This document shows, in pieces, positions 54,633 to 64,000 of a stretch of DNA of 64,000 nucleotides. This DNA comes from Eledone cirrhosa. Taxonomy: Eukaryota. Location: contig OZ024741.1 in assembly GCA_964016885.1 (NCBI GenBank), forward strand, positions 316,262,001-316,326,000. The letters are read 5' to 3'. Made by a program: the position numbers and the translations under genes. The notes beneath the pieces are model-generated. The model saw only the letters and a list, made by a program, of their open reading frames with translations. It had not been told where the DNA came from and did not search any database. Within the stretch, counting starts at the first letter, position 1. Every line of letters starts with the position of its first letter.

Positions 54633-55119
54633 CCACACCCTACAGCCACCCATCTCTAAGGTTGTGCAACAGCTGACATTACCCATACAATAGAAACTCC
54701 AGAATCAACTGACAGCAACATTTCACTCCAATAAAACAACTTTGGAGTGATTTGAACTCAGAATGTAGATATTGGGTTAGACTCTAGCCAAAACATTGGC
54801 TTGTATGTGTATTTGGAAGATGGCATCTATAAGGAAGCGCAGTGTGTGTGAGAGAGTGGGGGGGGGGGAGCGGGAGAAAGAGATAGAGAGAGTGTGTGTG
54901 TGTGAGTGTTTTTATGTGAGTCTATGTGTTGGTTTGTCTCTTCTCTGCGTATATATATGTGGAAGTGTGTGTGAGCTTGTATACAAGAAAACTGAATCAC
55001 ACGTGGCCTGACATTCTGTTGTAACTGTGCATAGTTTTGTTATGCAATCTCAATGCAACAGATGCAGTTGGCATTCTGCCCACCTCCACATCATATACAT
55101 ATATATATAAATGTATGTG

Positions 55120-55258
55120 TGTGAGTGTCTGTGTGTAGGTTGTGTAGATGTGTGTCTGTGTGTAGGTTGTGTAGATGTGTGTCTGTGTAGGTTGTGTAGA
55201 TGTGTGTCTGTGTAGGTTGTGTAGATGTGTGTCTGTGTAGGTTGTGTAGATGTGTGTC
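55120..55258. repeat. About 25-bp minisatellite, 5 copies
   Basis: tgtgtagatgtgtgtctgtgtaggt. Confidence 0.9.
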
Positions 55259-55457
55259 CCTGTAATCATATGTAACCTATAGCAGCGTACATTGAATACC
55301 AATCACACTACTGAATACAGAGTCACACATACAGAGGTGGATATACAGGTTCCGTACCATATATTGGTAACATTTTAAAATGGTGGTGATGGTGATGGTG
55401 ATGAGGTAATAAAAACCAAGCATACTTTTTGTCTCTCTCTCTCTCTATCTATCTATA

Positions 55458-55503
<46 letters not shown>

Positions 55504-56129
55504 AATACATACGATGATGATGATGATGATGATAGATGTATCTCTTTCACTATCTATTACTCTTAGTATAGTTGATGGTCTCTCTTTCTTTCTATCTATC
55601 AATCTATCTACCATTTTTCCTGTATCTCTCTCTCTTAATACCACCACCCCACACTCCCTCTTCCACTCTCTCTATGCCCCACAACCTCTTTCTCCACAGA
55701 CCCAAACTTCTCCCCCCTATCTATTTTCACTCCACCCCACCCCATCCCTTCTCTGCTCTCCAAGCAACTTTATTCATACATCTACACTTACATAAATATA
55801 GACACCATTTTTGCTATGTTACCTCAGATATATTTTTGGTCATTTGGTGTGTGTAGGTATGTGTGAACATGGGATTAAGCATGTGCGTATGTGTATGTAC
55901 AAGCAAGTATGTTTGTGTATGTGTGTCATACGTAATTATTTGTGTGAAGCATCTCAATGCAATTATGTGTAAGCATGTGTACGGGTGTTTGTATATATGT
56001 GTGTGTGTATGTGCTACTTGTATCTGTGCATGTGTCTGCTTTCTTTCACACACACAGAAACTATACTATATACAAATCATCATATTATGTTTGTGTATGT
56101 TATGTATGTGTGTTATGTGTGTATATTAT

Positions 56130-56312
56130 GAGGCAACGAATTGGCAGAGTCATTAAGACGTCGAATAGAATGCTTTACGGTATTTGTCCCACTTCACTAT
56201 GCGCTCTGAGTACAAATCCCGCCATGGTCAACTTTGCCTTTCAGCCTTTCAAGGTCAATAAGAAAAAATTCCAGTCCAGTCAGTATTGGGGTCGATTTTT
56301 CCTCTCCAGAAA
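56130..56312 (+). mobile_element. SINE family A-related copy
   Basis: ggcaacgaattggcagag...gagtacaaatcccgccatggtcaactttgcctttcagcc...tattggggtcgat. Confidence 0.75.
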
Positions 56313-56407
56313 AAAATCAGCTGTGTTAAGACCTGGAGAGGGTTGGGCTCCGCCAGGTTTAAAAGTGCCCTAGACACACAAGGAATTATGGGATCCTTAT
56401 CCTTGTG

Positions 56408-56571
<164 letters not shown>

Positions 56572-56678
56572 TACCTCTCTCTACATGTGTCAAATTATAA
56601 ATAAACACATGTATGAATATCATGTTTGTGAATGTATGTACCTTCACAAATACATACAGAAACATATGTACACACACA

Positions 56679-56880
56679 TATGAGCGAAGGCTGAATAGTT
56701 TACAGCCTGACTATGAAGGAGTGGTGCTAGAGCTGTGAAATCTTTCATGCAGTAATTCCAACTCTTCTTATTAATAACTACATTGTCTCGTTCCAGGGAC
56801 TATGTTGAAAAATAAACATCATTTGGTCATTCCATGAGAGTATCTTGGTCAGCCTATGAACTTTTCAGCTGAGCCTCATA
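56679..56880. mobile_element. Tc1/mariner-type MITE (about 200 bp)
   Basis: TA-flanked imperfect 35-bp TIRs: TATGAGCGAAGGCTGAATAGTTTACAGCCTGACTA versus the reverse complement of the right end, TATGAGGCTCAGCTGAAAAGTTCATAGGCTGACCA. Confidence 0.75.
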
Positions 56881-56881
56881 T

Positions 56882-56930
<49 letters not shown>

Positions 56931-57454
56931 CCACCATTTTACGTCCATTCTTCTACGCTAGCATGGGTTAAACAGGTTGTCCTGTTGTGGGCAATATTAG
57001 GTCGGGTAACCTTGTCTTGCTCATATGGGAACTGATTCTGGCTTGACTTCTACAGCTGGATGTCCTTCCTAACACCAACTTCATTTACAGTGAGTGCTGG
57101 GTGCTTTTTTTTCATGGTTGATGCCTACACGACCACTTTACAATGTGGTCTGGGTGCTTTTTTGCAGTGGGAGGGAATGGAGGCATATTGTCTATATGCT
57201 TCGGCTTCGCTTTGTTCCCATGGTGGTGGCGATGTTGATGTTGTTGGTGGTAGTGATGTTGATGATGGCATTGGTGGTGTTGCTGGTGTTAGTTATGATG
57301 ATGTTGATGTTAGGAGGGGTAGAATAAGAAGAATCAGTGAGAATGAAAAAATCTAAATATCCTCTATGTATGTATGTATGTATGTATGTATGTATGTATG
57401 TATGTATGTATGTATGTATGTATGTATGTATGTATGCATGTATGCATGTATGTA

Positions 57455-57492
<38 letters not shown>

Positions 57493-57655
57493 TCAGTGTG
57501 CTTTTATGTATGTATAGGTATATTTATTTGAGGTGTGCGTGTGTTCAGTTAAATTTTGAAGTGTGTAATTCAGTGGGTGCATGTTGTGTGAGTGTGTGTC
57601 TATGTGCAAGTGCCTATTCTGCTAAATTAAAAACTGCTTAATTCAAAGTGTGTGT

Positions 57656-57753
<98 letters not shown>

Positions 57754-58164
57754 TAGCTTGAATTAAAAGCTGTATTGTTCCCTGTGTGTATTGGGCATGT
57801 ATGTGTCTTTATGTGTGTGTGTCTGTGTGCGTGATAACTTGAATTAAAAGCTGTATAATTCAATGTGTGTGTTGTGCATGCATGTGTGTATATGTGCAGT
57901 TAAATGCACTTTGAAAAATTACATTATTGCTGTAGAAATCTGTCAGTGAATGGTTGAATTTATTTAATTATTGCAATTAAGGTATAGAAGTTTGGTATAG
58001 AGGTAGGAATGTACAGGTATGTATGGTATAGTTGAGATGGTGGTGATGGTGGTGGTGACAGGTGAGATGCATATGAAGAGAGTGGTGGTCTAGAGCAGAG
58101 GTGCAGTGAGGAACAAGTAAAACAGGGCAAGAGAGGGGTGATTTATAGCAGAAGTGGTAGAGGG

Positions 58165-58250
58165 AGACAGGGAGGATATGAGGGGGACAGGGAAGATAGG
58201 AGGGGAACAGGGAAGATAGGAGGGGAACAGGGAAGATAGGAGGGGCCAGG
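58165..58250. repeat. 20-bp polypurine repeat, about 4 copies
   Basis: acagggaagataggagggga. Confidence 0.85.
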
Positions 58251-59169
58251 TAGCTAGGAGAAAGAGAGGTGATCTAGAGCAGAAGAGGTGAAAGAACGGG
58301 TGGGGGAAGTTTGTAAATGGAGAGATAGAAAGGTAAGTGGAGAAAGGAGCTGTGTTCTAGAAATAAGGAGGAAATGTGCATACAAGGGGAATGCAATGTG
58401 TATATGTGAGAATGTTTGTGTGTGTGTATGTGTATATGTAAGAATGTGTATGTGTGTGTCTGTTTAAGAAAGGAGAATGAGAGAGAGGTAGTGATTGATC
58501 TTGGGTAAGGAAAAAAGCAATGTGTGTGTATGTACTTTGTATGTATGACTGTCTGTCTCTGTGTGACACCATTTAAAAGCAAGCTGCTTACAGTTTCCAT
58601 GAGGATCATTGGATTATACTATACTTAAAAAAGAAAAAAGTAAGGTTTGACATCAGGAAGAAAAATTTCATTGGTCCCATAAACCCATTACATCCAATGC
58701 ATGCCAGCATGGAAAAGTGGATGTAAATTCGATGATCATGACAATGGTTACGGTGATTATGGTGGTATAACACGTATATATTTGAAATAAATTATTTATA
58801 CAGGACTCATTAAAAAAATGGGCCTGAACTGACTTCTTTATGTGGGGGGGAGGGGGGGTATGAGCATGTTTAAAACAGTTTAATAAAAAGAAAATTATTT
58901 ATATTATTAAATCCCTTCAAACATTTGACTATTTTCAAATGGATTTGAAATTCACAGGCAGTTTGTTCATCTAAAAACCTTCCATCTTAATTTTATGTAA
59001 AATCCTTTGTTAAGTTATGCTCCAAACACCATCTTGATAATGAGAAAGTTAATTGTATTACTAAATCCCATCAAACTGTTGATTATTTTTTTGTTTATTT
59101 GCAAATGATAATGTCATTCATGGTAAGAAAAGTGTTAATGTAACAAACATTGGAGTTTTTATATGATGG

Positions 59170-59345
59170 CTAAACCTACTAGAAAGAGCAGCCAAATCTC
59201 CCTCAAATCACACAATCTTACCTATAAACAATTTAAAAAAAAAAAAAATGTTTAAAGTGCACTTTGGATAATATGGACCTCAAGAAGACATTATGAAGTG
59301 GTGAGGGAAGGAAGACCTTTGATCATTAGTCTGCCCAGGGCTGAA
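59170..59345 (-). mobile_element. Dispersed repeat family C copy
   Basis: cctactagaaagagcagccaaatctccctcaaatcacac ... cctttgatcattagtctgcccagggctga. Confidence 0.7.
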
Positions 59346-59849
59346 CAACAACAGCAGCTGAAAAAATGAAAAGCAGAGCCCCTTTATTCAACTAAGTCAT
59401 TATGTTGTCTTTAAAATATAGTGGCCTTGTGCCAAAAGTAGAAACAATTATGTTGTCTTTAAAATATAGAAGTTGACCACATGTTTGAAATCCTAAATCT
59501 TGAGATATATTTTCAATTTAAAGCCCTTCCCATCCTTCTTCATCCCTCCCACAGCAGTGATAAGATACAGATGGTGTGACTCCACAGTCTAATATGCTGA
59601 ATCATCAGACACATCTGCTTCTGGCAACTTTCTCTGGGTCATAAGGTCAGCTTCTGTAGAATTAACTAAAGCTGCTTAGTAACAGTAGTAATAAACCACT
59701 GAGGATGCCTGTACTTGGTCAATTGACCTACTAGAAATAACAGCTAAAGTTCTCTACCATATTGAAACCTCATTGTCATAAGGTCAGCTAGAGCAGAATT
59801 AACTAAAGCTGCTTAGCAACAACTACTACTACTACTACAGTATTAGTAG

Positions 59850-59967
59850 CAGTATGAAAGGTAAAGTTGATTTCAGTGGGATTTGAACTCGGAGAGCAGA
59901 GAACTGGAACAAATACCACAAAGCATTCTATCTAACATTCTAACAACTATGCCAATTCACCATCTTA
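59850..59967 (-). mobile_element. SINE family A-related 5' half
   Basis: atgaaaggtaaagttga...gggatttgaactcgga...tgccaattcacc. Confidence 0.65.
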
Positions 59968-60330
59968 CAATATATATATTTACATAATCATTTTATTTTA
60001 CATCCATATATATATGTATTAGCGTAGAAAATGGACGTTAAATGATGATGATTACTTACATATATATATAAATTAAAAATGGTTTTATAAGGAAATGTTT
60101 CCATTAAGTTGAAAAATTTTGGGTGGTGCCTTGTTGACATATCAAGTTATCACTTTGCTTTACAGTACATTGATGGTGATGGCGATGGTCACAAGAATTT
60201 TGAAAGGTATTTAGAGTTATGTTTGCGATGATTGATACTGGAATTATTAGTGGTGTCTGTCTGTTTGTTATAAAATTATAGAATTGGTTGGAGTTATTTA
60301 GAAGAAGGAATTTTTTTAAAGGACAGACAA

Positions 60331-60596
60331 CAGGGGTCTCAAACAGGGGTCCCCAAAGCAGTAGACATAGACTCCCCAGAAGTAGATGGAACTACATACT
60401 GGGTCAATTAAACTTTTAGTCCAAAACCTGATATTTAGGAGTCTGATTTATATATAATTTGTCTTTATCTATTATACATTCTGTTAACAAATTTATCTAT
60501 TTGTTTTTGTGCCTGTCTGGGGTTGATGAGTAAAGATGGCTGGGAGTGAAGGATTCTATGAAGAGGCTGATAGACTAAAAGGTTTGGGGATCCCTA
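60331..60596. mobile_element. Possible hAT-type MITE
   Basis: caggggtctcaaac ... gtttggggatcccta form imperfect TIRs. No TSD is clear. Confidence 0.4.
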
Positions 60597-60704
60597 TTCT
60601 AGTCTATAAATATCCGACTTTAAACCTTCTGATAACAAACCTCCTGAGAAGGGTTCTACTATACAAAGTTGCCTATTTTAAAGTGTTGCATATTGATATG
60701 GTTT

Positions 60705-60960
60705 GCAAGGCTTAGTGGTTAGGATGTTCAGCTCCCAATCACAAGGTCCCGAGCTCAATCCCAGCAGTATGCTTTGTCCTTAATCAAGACACTTTATTTC
60801 AAATTTGTCAAGTATGCTCAGCTGAAAAAAGTTACTTATAACTGTAATTAAGAGGGTCAGCCTTGTCACATACATATTAACTATGTTAAGCATAAACGCG
60901 TCTGATAATTGTACGAGCTGGCTCTTCTGTTGATCAAACAACTGGAACATTTGTTGTTGG
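60705..60960 (+). mobile_element. tRNA-derived SINE
   Basis: ggcttagtggttaggatgttcagctcccaatcacaaggtcccgagctcaatccc...caagacactttatttc...gggtcagccttgtcaca. Confidence 0.7.
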
Positions 60961-63024
60961 AATTGGTGGAAGTTCAACCTACATGTTTGCATATATGTAT
61001 GCATACAGACATGTTTTGTGAGTGTATGCATTCACACATATTGTGTGCAGATAACCATACAAACTTTCTATATTAGCTTGGCATAAAGCTATGAATTGCT
61101 AGGGGAACAATGAACCTGGCTGAGTTTACCTTCATGTATGACAGATACTGATTTTATTGAAACCACATGAAATGTTGGAAAACAATGGTTTGAGGAGCTT
61201 TTTAACGCAGAAGAAGGGAAGTAAATTCTGTAGGATATATATTAGGTCTGGAGCCCTACAAGTTCTGCTGCATAAACTTTTACAGCTATATATGAATAAT
61301 GTGTGTGTATATAGTTGCATATATGTATGTATAGTTGTGTATTTGAATGTGTACATTAATGTGTGTGTGTATGTATTTCAGTGTGTTAAGGAAATAAACT
61401 TACATATTTCACATACAAACAAGCACTTACATACACTCATACTTACCGATGCATACACACACATACACAACATTTACATGCATACATATATATACACCCA
61501 AACACGTACACACACATGTATTCCATTGATAGGAAATATTAAATATTTTTGTTATTACTCTAGTTCTTGTTGCTACTGCTGTTGTTGTTTATTCTTACTG
61601 TTGTTGTTTATATCCTATGTTAACATCTTGCATCTTATCTCCAATGAATCATCAGCCCCAAGAATAGAGGGAGGGGACAAGAAGAAAATATATTTTGGAA
61701 TGAAATTAGGGTCCAGATAGAGAGAGAAAGAAAGAGGAAAGGGAGTTTCCATGTGTAAGCTTGTCTGATTTAATATTTAAGAAAAAATATCCAGCCAGTC
61801 TCTCACCCCTTAAAAATGTATACAGCATAACATCAAAGGAATCAGCAAGGCTTTAGGTATATGGTATTAGAACACAGAATAACACACTCATGTACAAGCA
61901 CACACACAACTTCCTTTTAACTTAACCATTCTACAACAGAATTAACCCTTTTAAAACCAAACCCCCTGAAACTGCCCCAGATTCTAGGATACAAAAATGT
62001 TTATTTTAATGTGTTTATATAATTTATGCAAAAGAAAATTCCATCATAATTTTATATAAAAACCTTCTTAAGTTACATTCCAAACACAAACCAAATAATG
62101 AAAAGGTCGGTTATATTACTAAATTCTTCCAAATTCTTGATTATTTTCAAAAGGATTTGAAAATCATAGAGAATTTTACTAGACATTTCAACACATAATG
62201 ATACATATGAATGAGTTAAAACAATAAAAGGTATCAGTAAGATTAATAAGTGAAGTAAAGAATCTTGTGTATACAATATCAAGGGCCATATTTTGCTGAC
62301 CCCAACCCCAAGAAGAATTAAATTCAGAATGTAAAATGACCTGCTTATGAAAACACCTGGTGTTTAAGGTAAATGGTTTCTAACATAGATATATAAGGCC
62401 ACAAATTTAAAAGGAGGGTATATATTTGATTATATTAACTCCCCTAGTACTTAACTGATACTTTACAGGATGAAAGACAAAGCTGATCTGAACAAGATTT
62501 AAACTCAGAATGTAACGGAGACAATGTAACCACATACAGAAAGTCATTTATTTTCATCTCTACCACTCCTCCAATTTACCAGCCTGAATACTGAGGAAAA
62601 TAATGAGGTGTAGTGCATAGGTGTTCATGTGCCAATGCAAATCTGTTTCTGTATGGAAGTATGTGTATATGTGTATGTGTGTATGTGTGTGTATGTATTT
62701 GTATTTGTGTGCATATATGTCCTTGTATGTATGTGTAATTGTGTGTGTGTGTGTGTGTTTTAGCTTGTAGTCTGATTGCTAGGTGTAGTCTGCAAAAAAA
62801 AAAATATTTTCTCTACTCTTCGATCCACCACCACCATCAATATTACAACCACCAGTGTCATCAATACTACCACATTCACCAGTACTATTATCACCTCCTC
62901 TCTACCTAATATTTCATCAGCAACCCATGTGATGTGTTCCCCCCCCCCCCCCCAAAAAAAAAAGACCCGTTTCATTGGTTGATAGAAATGTGTTGGTGTT
63001 CAAGAAACACATTTTACTCTCATT

Positions 63025-63318
63025 GATTGATTCCATTGATTGATTGGCTGACTGACTAGCTGGCTGGATGGTTGGATGGCTGGATGGTTGGCTGACTGAT
63101 TGGTGGATTGGTTGGTTGGTTGGTTGGATGGTTTGATGGCTGACTGGCTGATAGATTGGTTGGTTGGATGGTTAGATGGCTGACTGGTTGGTTGGATCAC
63201 TGGCTGGTTAGTTGGATGGTTGATTAGTTGGTTGGATGGCTGGCTGACTGATAGGATGGTTGGATGGTTGATTAGTTATTTGGATGGATGGCTGGTTGGA
63301 TGGCTGGCTGATTGGTTG
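63025..63318. repeat. Degenerate (TGGH/TGAH)n tetranucleotide tract
   Basis: Mosaic of tgga, tggt, tggc and tgac units. Confidence 0.9.
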
Positions 63319-63830
63319 AGAGAAGATCAAAGTTTCTTAGTAGCTACAGCTGTTGTTGCCGACGTTGAGTCTATTTAATTTACCTAAGAACACCGCCTTA
63401 TATCAGGATTGAACTTATCTTCTGCAGCCTATAAGGTTGCTCTGATACTTTAAGATTAATAATGCAACAATGGCTAATCTCTTGTATTTATCTATCATTG
63501 TTTTTTAAGTGGGGTGGGGTAAAGTTGTTGCAGGCAAGAATGTTTTGTTGTTGATTTTTTTGGCGGGGTGGGAGGAATAATTTGTCTTCAGTAATTACCG
63601 TAATTCTTAATTAACGACATCTTGTGCATAGTTTGATCGTTAATGTTAATCTGTTAAATGCAAATCTCAAATCATTCAGCATCAAATCTCAAATGAGTCC
63701 TTCTAGCGTAAACTAACTTAACTTACATACACACATATTTATATAAGTACATGTGTCCTACCCATGCTAGCATGGAAAATGGATGTTAAACGATGATGTT
63801 GATGCTGAAGACATGTATTTGTGCATGTAT

Positions 63831-63901
<71 letters not shown>

Positions 63902-64000
63902 TGGAAAAATAATTTTGTTCCCTTAATTCAAAGTGCCAGCTTTGTCACACGTTGTCTTGCTGAATCTCCCTGAGCACTATGTTAAGGGTGCGTGTGTCAG

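Overview
AT-rich, microsatellite-dense eukaryotic DNA. The SINE, LINE and microsatellite repertoire looks like an octopod cephalopod (inference). The only well-supported gene is the 3' part of a Mad/Mxi (MXD-family) bHLH-Zip MAX-partner gene on the minus strand: three coding exons at 53360-53246, 31385-31211 and 30039-29897, with canonical GT-AG introns of about 21.9 kb and 1.2 kb. The upstream exons were not found in the window. The most notable observation is that its stop is UGA-C, followed by a small hairpin and 416 further in-frame, stop-free, Asn/Ser/Asp-rich codons. This is a candidate for stop-codon readthrough or UGA-to-UGI editing. Other notable structures are: a 6-kb pair of oppositely oriented 50-bp satellite arrays that appear derived from a dispersed repeat and are bracketed by mirror-image RTE fragments; a foldback carrying a minimal hammerhead motif 15 nt from the bHLH-exon donor; a spacerless SINE palindrome; nested mariner remnants; and two G-poor minisatellites in the long intron. 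Almost all listed ORFs are microsatellite artefacts.
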